A stretch of DNA of 64,000 bases. Origin: the human T2T-CHM13v2.0 reference genome, Homo sapiens. Shown here in pieces: positions 13,835 through 28,606 of this stretch. The notes below the pieces were generated by a model. That model was not told the DNA's origin. It did no database searches and worked only from the letters and a program-made list of their open reading frames with translations. The position numbers and the translations under genes are program-made. Positions within the stretch are counted from its first letter, which is position 1. The number at the start of each line of letters is the position of its first letter. The stretch lies in NCBI RefSeq assembly GCF_009914755.1, contig NC_060947.1; one strand, given 5' to 3'.

Positions 13835-15987
13835 TTTGTTTATGTACTTTTAACCTTTATTTCATGTTTGGGGGTACATGCGACAGTTTGTTACATAGGT
13901 AAACACGTGTCATGGGGGTTTGTTGTACATATTATTTCATCACCCAGGTATTAAGCCCAGTACTCAAAAGTTATCTTTTCTGTTCCCCTCCCTCCTCCTA
14001 ACCTTCCCTCTCAAGTAGACTCCAGTGTCTGTTGTCTCCTTCTTTGTGTTAGTAAGTTCTTATCATTTAGCTCCCCCTTATAAGTGAGAACATGTGGTAT
14101 ATGGTTTTCAGTTCCTGTATTTGTTTGCTAAGGATAGTGGCATCCAGCACCATCTATGTTCCTGCAAAAGACATGATCTCATTCTTTTTTATGTCTGCAT
14201 AGTATTCCATGGTGCACCTAGAATACTATGTGTCTCATTTCCTTTATCCAGTCTGTCACTGATGGGCATTTGGGTTGACTCCATGTCTTTGCTATTGTGA
14301 ACAGTGCTGCAATGAACATTTGCGTGCATGAGTCTTTACGGTAGAATGATTTATACTCGTCTGGGTATATAACAAGCAATGGGATTGCTAGGTCGAATGG
14401 AATTTCTGTCTTTAGGTCTTTGGGAAATCACCACACTGTCTTCCACAATGGTTGAATGGACTTACGCACCCACCAGCAGTGTATAGGTGTTTCCTTTCCT
14501 CCACAACTTTGCCAGCATCTGTTATTTTTTGACGTTTTAATAATAGCCATCCTGACTTGTGTAAGATGGTATCTTACTGTGTTTTAATTTGCATTTCTCT
14601 AATCAATGATATTGAGTTTTTTTATATGCTTGTTGGCCACATGCATGTCTTCTTTTGAGAAGTGTCTGTCCATGTCCTTTGCCCACTTTTTAATGGGGTT
14701 GTTTGTTTTTCTCTTGTAAACTTGTTTAAGTTTTTTATAGATGCTGAATATTAGACCTTTGTTAGGTACATAGTTTGCAAAATTTTTTTCCTATTCCATA
14801 GGTTGTCTTTTACCCTATTGATAGTTTCTTTTGCTGTGCAGAAGCTGTTAACTTTAAGTAGATCCCACTTGTCGATTTTTGCTTTTGTTGCAATTGCTTT
14901 TGATGTTTTTATCACTAAATTTTTGCCCTTTCCTATCTCCAAGATGGTATTCACTAGGTTGTCTTCTAGGGTTTTTTATAGTTTTGGGTTTTACATTTAA
15001 GTCTTTAATTCACCTTGAGTTGATTTTTTATTATAGTGTTACAAGGATGCCCTCTCTCACCACTTCTATTCTACATAATATTGGAAGTTCTAGGCAGAGC
15101 AATCAAGCAAGAGAAAGAAATAAAGCACATCCAAATAGGAAGAGAGAAATTCAAACCATCTCTGTTTTCTGAAGACATGATTTTATATCCAGAAAACTCC
15201 ATAGTCTCAGCCCCAAAGCTCAGTCCAGCTGATAAACAATGTCAGCAAATTTGCAGGATACAAAATCAATGTAAAAAATCATTCTTATACACCAACAGCA
15301 TTCTTATACACCAACAGCAAAACAGAAAGCCAAATCAGAAAGGCAATCTGATTCAAAATTGCCACACAAAAAATAAAATAAAACAAAATACAATAAAATA
15401 AAATACCTAGGAATAAAGCTAACCTGGGAGGTAAAAGATCTCTAAAATGAGAATTATTAAACACTCCTCAAAGAAATCAGGGAAGACACAAACAAATGAA
15501 AAAAAAAAACTCCCATGCTCATGGATAGTAAGAATCAATATCATTAACATGGCTATACTGCCCAAAGCACTTTACAGATTCAATGCTATTCCTATCAAAC
15601 TACCAGTTACATTCTCCACAGAATGAGAATAAACTATCTTAAAATTCTTATGAAACCAAAAAAGAGCCTGAATAGCCAAGGCAATCCTAAGCAAAAAGGA
15701 CAAAGCTGGAAGCATCATGCTGCTTGACTTCAAACTATGCTACGGGAATACAGTAACCAAAACAGCATGGTACTTGTACAAAAGAAGTCATGTAGATCAG
15801 TGAAACAGAATACAGAGCCCAGAAATAAGACTACATATCTACGACCATCTGATCTTTGACAAAACTGACATAAACAAGCTATGGGGAAAAAAAATTGTAT
15901 TTAAGAATAAGAATTGTGCTGGGATAACTGGCTAGCCATATGCAGGAAATTGAAGCTGGAACCCTTCCTTACACCATATACAAAAAT
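13835..15987 (-). mobile_element. Older L1PA (PA13-16-like) with 5' inversion: 13835-15040 minus, 15041-15987 plus
   Basis: Minus-strand 3' UTR/ORF2 end, then plus-strand RT segment ([10 protein letters not shown]) ending at acaccatatacaaaaat, the L1 position where the minus segment stops. Confidence 0.85.
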
Positions 15988-16432
15988 GTGCAGGTTTGTT
16001 ATATAAGTAAACTTGTGTTACAAGGGTTTGTTTAACAGATTATTTCATCATCCAGGTACGAAGCCTAATACCTAATAGTTACTTTCTCTGATCCTCTTTT
16101 GCCTCCCACCCTCAACCCTCAGGTAGACCCCAGTGTCTATTGTTCCCCTCTTTGTGTCCATTTGTTCCCATCATTTAGCTCCCACTTATAAAAGTGAACA
16201 CGCAGTATTTGGTTTTCTGTTCTTGTGTTAGTTTCCTAAGGATAATGGCTTCCAGCTTCATCCATGTTCCTGCAAAGGACATGATCTCATTCTTTTATAC
16301 AACTCATTCCTTTATATAGTATTCCATGGTGTATATGTACTATATTTTCTTTATCCAGTTTACCATTTATGGGCATTTTGGTTGATTCCATGTCTCTGCT
16401 ATTGTGAACAGTGGTGCAATGAACATATGTGT
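15986..16432 (-). mobile_element. Second older L1PA 3' fragment lacking its terminal bases and poly(A)
   Basis: Starts atgtgcaggtttgttatataagtaaac; paralogous to ~13878-14328. Confidence 0.85.
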
Positions 16433-19400
16433 AAAGAAAAATTCTTTATCTCTCCTCCATTTTGGAGGAATGACTTCTTTGCTGTCTATGGTATTTTTAG
16501 TTGGTAGTTTTTTTAATTTCTTCCTTTAGGATTCTAAATATATCACCTCACTTCTTCCTGGTCTGTAAGGTTTCTGCTGAGGAGTCTGCAGCTGAGCATA
16601 TTAAAACTCCCTTACGTTATTTGCTTATTTTCCCTTAACACAATCAGGATCTCCTCTTTGTCTGGGATCTTTCAGAGTTTGTAATACTTCTTAGAGTAGC
16701 CTTATTTGGACTGAATCTGACTGTTGACCTCTGACCTTGCTGTTTCTGGATATTTATGCCTTTCTCCAGGTTTGGATAATTTTCTGCTCATATTTTTAAA
16801 ATAAACTTTCTACCCCTTTGTTTTTTTGCTATTCCTTCTTGAACTCCAATAACTTGAACATTTCTTCTTTTGATGTGAATGTATCCATTCCATAGGCTTT
16901 CTTTATTCCTTTTCATTATTTTCTCTCCTTTGACTGTATATTTTCAAATAATCTGTCTTTGAGTTCACAGATTCTTTCACATGACCAATTCTGCTGTTGA
17001 TCCTCTCTATTGCACTTTTTATTTTGTTCATTCTATTTTCTAGCTGTAGGCTTCTGTTTGATTTTTTAAGTAATTTTAATCTTTATGTTAAGTTTCCCAT
17101 TCTCTTGACTTATTGTTATCCTCATTTTGTTATATTGTCTCTTTGTAGTTACTAGAAGTTTTCTGAGCTTCCTCAAAACTGTTATTTTGAATTCATTGCC
17201 TGGCATTCCATACATCTCCATATTTTTGGGTTGGTCATTGGCACTGTTTTTATTTTGTTCATTGTATGATGCCATCTTTCCCTGATTGTTTTTGATCCTT
17301 ATGGTTTTGTATCAGTTTCTACTCAGTAAAAAAGTAAGTGCTTATTTCAGTCTTCATAGTCTGGCTTCATCTTGGAATGCCCTTCAACTGTAAGCCTGTC
17401 TAGAGAGTCTGGGCAAGTCATCTTGCATGGTTTCTAATTCCACGATTACTGCAGCTGCTGCAGTGCTAGAGGATGCTCTAAGTCCAAGACTGCCACGGAC
17501 AGCTAATTGCTAAGTTGAAATTATTTGCCTGCCCATGCTGGCAAAGCACTCAGGCATATCTAAACCTCAGAGCCACTGACACTAGCACAACAGTGGGGCC
17601 TGATTGACACCAACAGCTGCTGAAGCTTGCCTATATCCAGAACACTAGGCCACTATAGTTAGCTGGCAGTGATATTGACCAGATATTAAATCCATCTCTC
17701 AGGGGCTGCAGGTTTCTGCCTGGTATTGTGGCAGGTCAGGAGGCTCAACCCTTCGATGCTGGCCAGGATGGATGGACCACAAGGGTCTGCCTGGCACTGG
17801 GTTTAACTGTCGTGAGCCTAGTGTTAGGGACCAAGGATAAGTCCTGTGCTTACTTCCCTCTTTTCCCTCTTTTTCCCCTAAGTAGATGATATCTCTTCAT
17901 GCCATGCTGCCTGGGATTGCGGAAGGTTTGATGCAGGTAATAGAAAACTGTACATTGTAAGCTCTTTAATGCATCTTTACTTATTATTATCTTATATCAG
18001 GTACTGTAATCTGTCACCTGGTTTTCTTAGCTCTTTTGAAGGTATTTTTAAATGTTTATACTTGTTCAAATTGATGTTTCTATCAAGGAGAGGACAATCC
18101 CTACAGAGTTTTATTTTACCATCTTTCTCAACTTTCTTAGCTCCCTATGTGCATTTTTAAAAGGACAGCAAAGATTCAAAAAACAATTACATTGCAGCAA
18201 ACTATTTTGACTAGGCTTCTCCAGACAGACAACTAAGGGATGTGAACCTACTTCTCTGATGTTACCTGTGCTTGAGAAGAAACTTTTATAAGCAATGTGT
18301 CAAGTCTTGGTTTTAGAGACAATGTTAACACATAATGAATATAGTACTGAGAAAAATCAATAGAAGATATGAACCTAATATCTGGCAAAATAACAATCAA
18401 CTTATAAGGATAATAGTAAATGTCTATTTATTATGAAAGTTACTTGATTTAGCCTATTAAAATGATGTGTCTGTCTTATAATTTAAATGAGTTAATTAAT
18501 AAAAATAAGATATTAGTACTTTGATCATGTGAGTTTCTATGAAAAACAATAGTTTCGTTAAACTATTATATTTGTCATCAAAGACTGCAAACTAAAATTA
18601 TTTTCCTATACATGCTTTACAAAATACAGAGAAACACATGAAAAACCCCAAATACCCATTTATCACAAATGGCATAATCTATATATGCCAAGTATGCTTG
18701 GATTTAAGTGATTATTCCTGAGATACGATTTTTAAAACACTTTCTGATAGTTTGATCCCATTACATGATGTCATATGATTTCCAATTTCCTTTAAACGTA
18801 AAAAGTCTAATAAGAGTAATTACAATTGTCTTTCAGATAATTAAACTTTACTTAAAGGGCACTTTTCATGTTATTTATATTAAAATGCCCATTTAATTAC
18901 ACAACAAGGAATAATGTGATATAACTTTTTCAGTTAATCATCTAAACTTTAACCTGGTTTGATTACTTATTACTGCAGTGATATGAGTATATGTGTGAGA
19001 CTGTTTAAGGAAAGATAGTGAATGCATTTTTATTTTTGTAAATAAAAAATCTTTTAATTCTTTCTGTTTACATTATATTGTATTTTTCCATTGTCATATT
19101 TTTTCCAATGAGAGATAGTCCTAGGTAGGTTTAGTGAACCACATATTCTTCAGTATTATCAGAAACGTCCATAAAAACACCAGAATTAAAAAGAAAATTA
19201 TTTGATTATCTTTACTTGCCTTTAAGAGAGGTGCACTTGTTTTGTTTCACCTGTATATAAAAGATTAATATGGCATAGTTGTTTCAAAAAATTGGTTAAA
19301 GTGAAATATTTATTTTACTTTTTTGATCATTCCTTTAAGAATTCCCCATTGTAAGTCAAAATATTTAAATTTAAGGATTGATAAAAAAGTAAATAGAATT

Positions 19401-20553
19401 TAGATATCAAAAATTCTTAAGGTACTGTTTTATTCAGTATATTTTAAATGTAAGAATCAATGTTTTAGCTACTGGAAATGACTGTGATTAAAATATATTA
19501 TACAAAGTCTTCTTAATTATTAATTGAAGCATATTATTTTAATCATTCCCTTTGAATTACTTTCATGAACAAAATAATTTTTAAAATTTGAGTTTATTAA
19601 ATATTAAAAGACAAATTATATACTCTAAAGCAAATCTGAAACTTTTACCATTACTTCAGAAATGCTCATTCAATTAACTAATTGTATTATTTTGGAAGGG
19701 TATTCAAGTCTAGAATATTAGATCATCTTATTCCGCAAAACAGCATACATTGAAATAGGGAAAGAGTTTCTAATGCCTAGAGAATTCAAATATACAGTAA
19801 AATTGACTAAATCAGTATGTCAGACAGCATAATGTGAAATTGCAACCATAACCCCACCCCCTCTAAAGAATCATTTTAAAAACTTAAGTATGTATTTTTC
19901 TAGTATTTTGTTCATTTATAAACATATATATATATATATATGTAGTTTATGCAGGTGAAAATATATCACAATAGCTCTTTTTCAATGTACTCATTTTATT
20001 TTATATATTTACTTGTTTCCTTAGTAATTAATTTGTATATGTTATGAAGGCACTTATGCAAAATCTACTAAGTAAATCTGGAAGTTCTAAAATGTCAAGA
20101 TGACTACTTACAGCAGCTTTTTATAAATTCTTCCATAAATATATGAATGTATATATATATATTCTTATAAAATATATTTAGTTCATTGTGAACATGTTTT
20201 CATATCAGTGTATATTTGCATTATTCCCAAGTGTGTAGTTGCATTATTCTTTTAGATTTTTAGTGTCCTGTATACTATATTGCATTTATTTAACTCCCTA
20301 TTTAGAAATATTTAGATTCCTATCAATGTTTAACAAAGCTGGATTTAATATCTGGATAAATAAGGATATAAAAATATTAATTTCAGTGTTATTATGTGTG
20401 TATGTTTGCAACCCTTGCACAGCTATATGAGTGCCAAGGAGAGTGAATTAAATACTACTACTTCTGTAAGCCAAAACCTTGGCTATTTGCCGTGTATCAA
20501 TGCTCCTTTTTTATGTGAACAAATGGACCTAGTACACGGACAGCAGATCTTAC

Positions 20554-20919
20554 TGATATGGTTTGGCTGTGTCCCCACTCAAATCTCACCTTGAATTGTA
20601 ACTCCCACAATTCCCATGTGTCACAGGAGAAACTCAGTGGGAGGGTCATTTAATTATGGGGCGGGTCTTTCCTGCACTGTTCTTGTGATAGCAAACGGGT
20701 CTCACAAGATCTGATGGTTTTAAAAATGGAAGTTTCCCTGCACAAGTATCTCTTTGCCTGCTACCATCCATGTAAGATGTGACTTGCTCCTCCTGGCCTT
20801 TCTCCATGATTGTGAGGCCTCCCCAGCCATGTGGAACTGAAAGTCCAATAAACTCTTTCTTTTGTAAATTGCCCAGTCTCAGGTATGCTTTTATCAGCAG
20901 CCTAAAAAAGACTAATACA
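20554..20919 (+). mobile_element. THE1B LTR
   Basis: tgatatggtttggctgtgtcccc...gactaataca, 366 bp. Confidence 0.92.
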
Positions 20920-21944
20920 GTAAACTGGTAGCAGTAGATTGGGGTGCTGCTGAAAAGATACCTGAAAATGTGGAAGTGACTTTGGAACTGGGAAGTAGGC
21001 AGAGGTTGGAACAGTGTGGAGGACTCAGAAGAAGACAGGAAAATGTGGAAAAGTTTGAAACTTCCTAGAGACATGTTGAATGGATTTGCCCAAAATACGA
21101 ATAGTGATATGGACAATAAAGTCCAGGCTCAGGTAGTCTCAGATAGAAATAAGGAACTTGTTGGGAACTGGAGCAAAGGTGACTCTTGTTGTGTTTTAGC
21201 AAAGAGACTTGCAGCATTTTGCCCCTGCCCTAGAGATTTGTGAAACTCTGAACTTGAGAGAGATGATTTAGGGTGTCTGACAGAAGAAATTTCTAAGCAG
21301 CAAAGCATTCGAGGTGTGACTTGGGTGCTGTTAAAAGCATTCAGTTATATAAGGGAAGCAGAGCATAAAAGTTCAGAAAATTTGCAGCCTGACAATGCAA
21401 TAGAAAAGAAAATCCCATTTTCTGAGGAGAAGTTCAAGCCAGCTGCAGAAATTTGCATAAGTAATGAGGAGCAGAATGTTAATCCCCAAGACAATGGAGA
21501 AAATGTCTCCAGGGCATGTCTGAGGTCTTCACAGCAGCCCCTCACATCACAGGCCTGGAGGCCTAGGTGGGGAAAAATAGTTTCATGGGCTGGGCCCAGG
21601 GTGCCCATGCTGTGTGCAGCCTAGAGACTTTATGCCCTGTGTCCTAGCTGCTCCAGCCATGACTGAAAGGGGCCAATGTAGAGCTGGGGCCTTTGCTTCA
21701 CAGGGTTAAACCTCAAGCCTTGGCAGCTTCCAGGTGGTGTTGAGCTTGTGAGTGCACAGAAGTCAAGAATTGAGGTTTGGCAACCTCTGCCAAGATTTCA
21801 GAGGATATATGGAAACACTTGGATGTCTAAGCAGAAGTGTGCTTCAGGGGCAGGGCCCTCATGGAGAACCTCTGCTAGTACAGTGTAGAAGGGAAATGTG
21901 GGGTCAAAACCCCCATACAGAGTCTCCACTGGGCCACCATCTAG
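20920..21944 (+). mobile_element. THE1B internal region, 3' truncated
   Basis: Typical MaLR-int (SEEDRKMWKSLKLPRD); ends abruptly with no 3' LTR. Confidence 0.88.
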
Positions 21945-21952
21945 GTATCTAT

Positions 21953-21991
<39 letters not shown>

Positions 21992-22015
21992 ATAATGTAT
22001 ATATATGAATATTAC

Positions 22016-22055
<40 letters not shown>

Positions 22056-22365
22056 TTTAAAGAATTGGCCCACAATTGAGAGGGCTGGCAAGTCAAATCT
22101 GTACAGGCATCTGGCAGGCTGAACATTCAGGGAACAGTTCATGGTGCAGTATTGAGTCCAAAATCCACAGGGCAGGCCATCAGCCTTGAAACTCAAGCTG
22201 GGTTACTATGTTGGAAGCTTGAGGCTGAGTTTATGGAGTATACTGATTTAAATGTAATCTCTTCTAAAAAAATCCTTCTATAATAAAATCTAAACTGGTG
22301 TTTGACTAAATAACTGGGCATTAATAATTGCCTAGTTAAGTTGACATATCAAATTAGCAATAACA
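21945..22365 (-). mobile_element. MLT2 (ERVL) LTR, partial
   Basis: Ends gcctagttaagttgacatatcaaattagcaataaca, the reverse complement of the MLT2 start; ggctggcaagtc motif. Confidence 0.72.
21955..22051. repeat. Compound (TG)n ... (GA)n microsatellite
   Basis: Direct observation; lies at the simple-repeat-prone site of the MLT2 LTR. Confidence 0.93.
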
Positions 22366-23340
22366 AATACTAATGTATTAAATAAAACAGTAAAATAAGT
22401 GGTATCAAAATATTGTGGTCTGGCACAGAAATAGATGAAAAGAACAGAGAGAATTGTGCAGGCATTAACTATTTGCTTAAATATCATCTCACACTTAAAC
22501 CAAAATTTTTCACAAGTGATAAAATATTTAAATATGGATGATAAAAAGATACGGAAATATGGCTGGATATGTTCATATATTTATAATCTTGGATTGTAGA
22601 AAGCTTTTAAGCAGAACATAAATATTACAGATCAAAAAGACTGATACATTTGACAACGTAAAAAATAATCTGTCTGTTCAACACCGTACAATTTTTGAGT
22701 AATAAATGAGATCCTGAGAACAATACTTAAAATAAATAACAGGAAAATGCTTTACGTAAAATTAACAAAAAGCACTCCAATAAGGGTAAACAAGAGATAC
22801 AGATTTAAAATACACAAAAAGGAACATAAACTAGTAGTATTAAACATATGACCTCATTAATAATAAAATAAATAATAGTACAGACAATTAAATATAATTT
22901 CCCTAAAATAGCACTTAAAATAAGAAATATTGAAAAGACACAGTGATATCAATAATGAAAAATTAACTGATTGTTATACTGTAAACAGGAATGTAAATTG
23001 TCAAAATAAATCTAGAATGGAGTATGGCAATCATATATCAAAATGTGAAATGTTCATATTATTAAATTTTAGCCATTGAAGGATAAGGAAATATGCATAC
23101 ATAAGGCTATAGAATTTTTTTAAAAAAAGATTAAATATCAATAAAAATATCTGTATGAGGACTGTTGGTAAAGAAAATTATGTTATATGCATATATCATG
23201 CAAATCATAGACTCCCTCAAAAATGTTAAAGAAAACATACTGAAGATATGTATGGGCTTACAAAAATATTAAGGTCATATTGTTACATGTTAAAAATAGA
23301 TTAGAAAAAGAAACAGCATGCTTACAAACCCATTCATTTG

Positions 23341-23341
<1 letters not shown>

Positions 23342-23379
<38 letters not shown>
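23342..23379. repeat. (TG)n microsatellite
   Basis: Direct observation. Confidence 0.96.
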
Positions 23380-23380
<1 letters not shown>

Positions 23381-26126
23381 TGAAATGTAAGAGTTTATGC
23401 ACCATTATAACTAGATATTAATAAGCATGTTTAATGTTTATTATATCTGGGTGTTGAAAGATAAGTTGATTGTTATTCTCTTTCTATAATTTTGTATTTG
23501 TTGTACAATAAACATTTAAATACTTATAGGAAGATTTCAATCATGAGAATAATATTACTAGTACAACTCTGTGGCAAAATTATACATAAAATGAGTAATT
23601 TTCTTTGAAAAATTCATATATATTAGATCAGTAACCAGGGTGAATAAGTCAATAATTATAAAAAGATGCAAACCTCTAATAAAAGAGCTGAGTCCAACAA
23701 TTTTGTGATCTAAATATCTTCAAAGAACAGATAAACTCACAGTTATTCAAATACTGAGGAGGGATGAATCAAAACAGCAGAATAGAAAGCTCTACATATT
23801 GTCTCCCCCAACAAGGATATCAATTTAACAACTATCTACATTAAAATAAAAACACTTTCATAAGAACCAAAACTCAGGTGATCACTCATAATATCTGGCT
23901 TTATTTCTGTATCCCTGAAAGAGGCACTGAAGACATTCTTGAATCTCTGAAGCCAGCCCTCTCCCAACCCAGCACTGGCTGCATGGTGCTGAGACCATCT
24001 CTGTTTGCTAGGAGGAGAGAACATCAGTTGTGAGGCACTGAGCACAGTGCTGTCCTGCTAGAACAGAAAGGAAAACCAAACTAAACACAGCTGATGCCCA
24101 CCCATGGAGGGAGCATTTAAAACAAACCTAACCAGAGGGATATAAATCACTGATCCCCACACTCAGAACTGGAGTGCCTGAAAACCTGGCTGCTGAGGGC
24201 TAAATTGCTCTGGGTCTCTCGGAGAACTTGAAAGGCAGTCTAGGCTATAAGGACTGCAACTCTTAGTGAGTCCTGGTGCTGGACTGGGCCCAGAGACAGT
24301 GGATTCGGAGCAGGGGGTGGGGCACATGACCTACTGAAACATCAAATGGGTTGGGTAAGGGGCGTGGGCATCACACCTCCCCTAACCCCAAGCTGTATAG
24401 CTCATAGCTCCAAAAAAGGCATTTTCCTTCTGCTTGAAGAGAGGAGAGGAAAGAGTCTTGCATCTTGGATACCTACTCAGCCACAGCAGGATAGAGCATG
24501 CCTCAGATTCATGAGGCCCCTGTTCCAGGTCCTATCTCCCAGAGGACATTTCTAGACACACCCTGGGCCAGAAAGGAACCTACTGCCTTGAACGAAGGAC
24601 CCAGTCCTGACCGCAGTCATCGTCTGTAAACTGAAGTGCCCTTGGACCCTGAAAAATCAGCAGTGATATGAGGTACTATGTCAAAGAACTTGGGTCAGCC
24701 TCTGAGACTTGCCAGCTTCAGGTGAGATACAGTACACTACCAGCTATGCTGAATACAAGGCAAAAATCTTTCTGCTTCAGAAAAGCAGAAGGAATAGTAA
24801 ATGGGACTTTGTCTTGCACCTTACATACCAGCACAGCCACATATGGGTCGAGCATCATGTAGGCTCTTGGGGTCCCTAATTCTAGGACTTTACTCTTGGA
24901 TGTCATTTCTGGACTTGCTCTGGGCCAGAAGACAACCCACTACCCTGAAGGGTGAGTCCCAAGCCTTTACCACAAGCTGACATAATAGCCTTGAGCCTTG
25001 AATGAAAATCTATGGTAGTCTAGCAGTACTCCTCATGGCCTCTGGTGGTAGTGGCTATGAGGTGAGCCTCCTCTGCATTTGGAAAGAGGAGGGAAGAGTG
25101 GGAAGGACTCTGTCTTGTGGTTTGAGTGCCAGCTCAACTGCAGTACAATAGAACACCAGGTAGACTTCTAAGGTTTTTCACTCTATTCCCTGACTCCCAG
25201 AATGACCTGGGGACATTCGCCATCTGAAAGGGAAAAACATAGGCCAGGCTGGCTTTGCCAATTGCTGAGTTTGGAGACCCAGGTCCTTGAACAAACGTTG
25301 GCAGTAGCCAGGTAGTGGTTACAGCAGACCTTGGGTGAGACTCAGTGCTATGCTGGCCTCAGGTCTAACTGGGCACAATCATAGTGGTGCTGGCCACAGG
25401 GATACTTCTGTCACTCCACCCCCAGTTTCAGGTGACTGAGAAACTGAGAGAGACACTTCCCTTCTTTGGGAGAAAGTAAGAGAAGAGGGAAGGAGCACCA
25501 GGGACTAATCCTGGAGAAAAAGAGACAAGTTACCTTTCAGAGATAGAATTCAACATAGTTGTTTTTAGTAAACTCAAAGAAATTCATGTTAGCACAGAGA
25601 AGGTATTCAGAATTATTTTGGATAAATTTGACAAAGAAATTGAAATAATTAAAAATAGTCAACCAGAAATTCCAGAGTGAGAAATGTAACTGGCATACTG
25701 AAGAACAAATCAGAGGCCTTTAAACAGAAGAATTGATCAAGAAGGTGAAAGAATTAGTGAGATTGAAAACAATGTTGTTTGAAAATATACAATCAGAAGC
25801 AACAAAACAAAAAAGAAGAAAGAAACAATGAAGCACACCTACAGGATCTAGAAAATAGCCTCAAAAGTGCAAACAAAGCGTTAGTGCTCTTATAGAGGAG
25901 GTAGAGAGAGAGATAGAAAGAATATTCAAAAAGACAATAACAGGGAAGTTTCCAAACCTAGAGGAAGATATAAATAATCAAGTTTAAGAAGGATATAGAT
26001 CACCAAGCAGATTTAACTCAAAGACTACCTCAAGGCATTTAATAATCAAACTCCCAAAAACCAAGGATAAAAAATGATGCTAAAAGCATCAAGCAAAAGT
26101 AACAAATAACATACAATAGAACTTTA

Positions 26127-26453
<327 letters not shown>

Positions 26454-28606
26454 ACCTCTAATATGACTGGCGGCCGAGTTTTTAGTGGAAACCTTACAGG
26501 CCAGGAGAGAGTGGCATGACATATTTAAAGTGCTGAAGGAAAAAATATATCCACCTTAGAATAGTATAACCAGTGAAAATATTATTCAATCATGAAAGAG
26601 GAATAAACACTTTCACAAACAAAGAAAACATGAGGTATTTCATCAACACCAGACCTGTCCTACCAGAAATGCTAAAGGGATTTTCTTTCAATCAGAAGGA
26701 AATGAGTGTTAATGAGCACTAATTACCTAAAGATACAAAACTCACTGATTACAGTAAGTACACAGAATATTATAACAGTATTATTGTGGTGTGGTAACTA
26801 CTCTTATCCTAAGTAGAATAACTAAATGATGAACCAATCAAAAATAATAACTAAAACAAGTTTTCAAGATATAGGCAATACAATAAGATATAAATAGAAA
26901 CAACAAAAACATAAAAAGCAGAGGGACGAAGTTAAGGCATTTGCAAACCTCATGGTAGCCTGAAACCAATAAACATACAATGCATACGCAAAAAATAGAA
27001 AGCAAGAAATTAAATAATATCACCAGAAAAAAAAAACCTTCACTGAAGGAAGACAGACAGGAAAGAAAGAAGACTAGAAAACAGCACAATGGCAGGTGTG
27101 AGTCCTGACCTATGAATAATTACATTGGATGTAAATAGCCTAAACTCTTCAATCAAAAGACAGAGTGGCTGAATGAATGAGAAAACAAGATCCCCATTGA
27201 CATGTTGCCAAAAAGAAACACACTTCATGTATAAAGACACACATAGACTAAAACTAAAAGGATAGAAAAATATATTCCATGCCAATGGAAACCGTAAAAC
27301 AACAGGAGTAGCTACACTTATATCAGCTAAAATAGATTTCAAGACAGAAATTGTAAGAGACAAACAATGTCACTATATAGTGATAAATGGGACAATTCAG
27401 CAAGAAGATATAACAATTATAAATATATACACACCCAACACTGGAACAGTCAAATATATATAGCAAATATTACTGGAGGTAAAGAGAGAGGCCACAATAC
27501 AATAATAGTGGGAGACTTCAATACCCCCACTTTAAGAAGTGGATAGATCTTACAGACAGAAAATCAAAAAAGTTATTGGACTTAATCTGCACTACAGGCC
27601 AAATGCATATAATAGATGTTTACAGAATATTTCACCCAATGGCTGCAGAATACACATTCCTTTCCTTGGCACCTGGATTATTCTCAAGGATAGACCATAT
27701 GTTAGGTCACAAAACAAGTCTTAAAGTGTTCAAAAAAATTGAAATAATATCAAGCAGCTTCTCTGAACACAATGGAATAAAACCAAAAATTAATAATGAG
27801 GAATTTTGAAAGTTATACTAATACATGAAAATTAAAGACTATGTTTCTTAATGATCATCAGGTCAATGAAGAAATTCAGAATGAAATTTAAAAATTTATG
27901 GAGACAAATAATAATGCAAATACAACATACCAAAACCTATGGGATATAGCAAAAGCAGTATTAAGAGGAAAATTTATAGCTATAAGTGCCTACATTGAAA
28001 AAGAGAAAAAACTTCAAATAAACAACCTAATAATGCATCTTAAAAAAATGATAGAAGAGCATACCAAATCCAAAATTATTAGAAGAAAATAAATAATAAA
28101 ATCAAAGGAGAAATAAGTGAAATTGAAATGAAAAAACAATACAAAGGATCAATGAAATAAAAAAGTTAGTTTTTTGAAAAGGCAACCAAAATTAACAAAA
28201 TTTTGGCCAGACTAAGAACAAAATAGAGACGATGCAAATAAAAAAATCAGAGTTGGAAAAGGAGACATTACAACTGAGACTGCAAAAATTCAAGGGATCA
28301 CAAACACAGGCAAGCAAAAGCAAAATGGTCAAATGGGATCACACAAAGTTAAAAACCTTATGCGCAGCAAAGGAAAGAACCAAAAAAGAGAAGCAACATT
28401 CCACAGACTGGGAGAAAATCACTGCAAACTACACGTCTGACCCCAGATTAATAACCACAATATATAAGGAGCTCAAACAACCCTATAGGAAAAATTCTGA
28501 TCCAATCAAAAGATGGGCAAAATATTTGAATTGGTATTTCTCAAAAGAAAACATACAAATGGCACAGATATATGAAAAGGTGCTTAACATAATTATCAGA
28601 GAAATG

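Larger units (their letters stand above)
9795..18140 (-). mobile_element. Large old L1 (L1MA/L1M-type): ORF2, ORF1 and 5' region, interrupted at ~13832-16440
   Basis: Minus-strand ORF2 remnants (FIPRMQGWININK; [15 protein letters not shown]) and ORF1 remnant (EFKITVLRKLRKL); host sequence resumes colinearly at ~16441. Confidence 0.85.
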
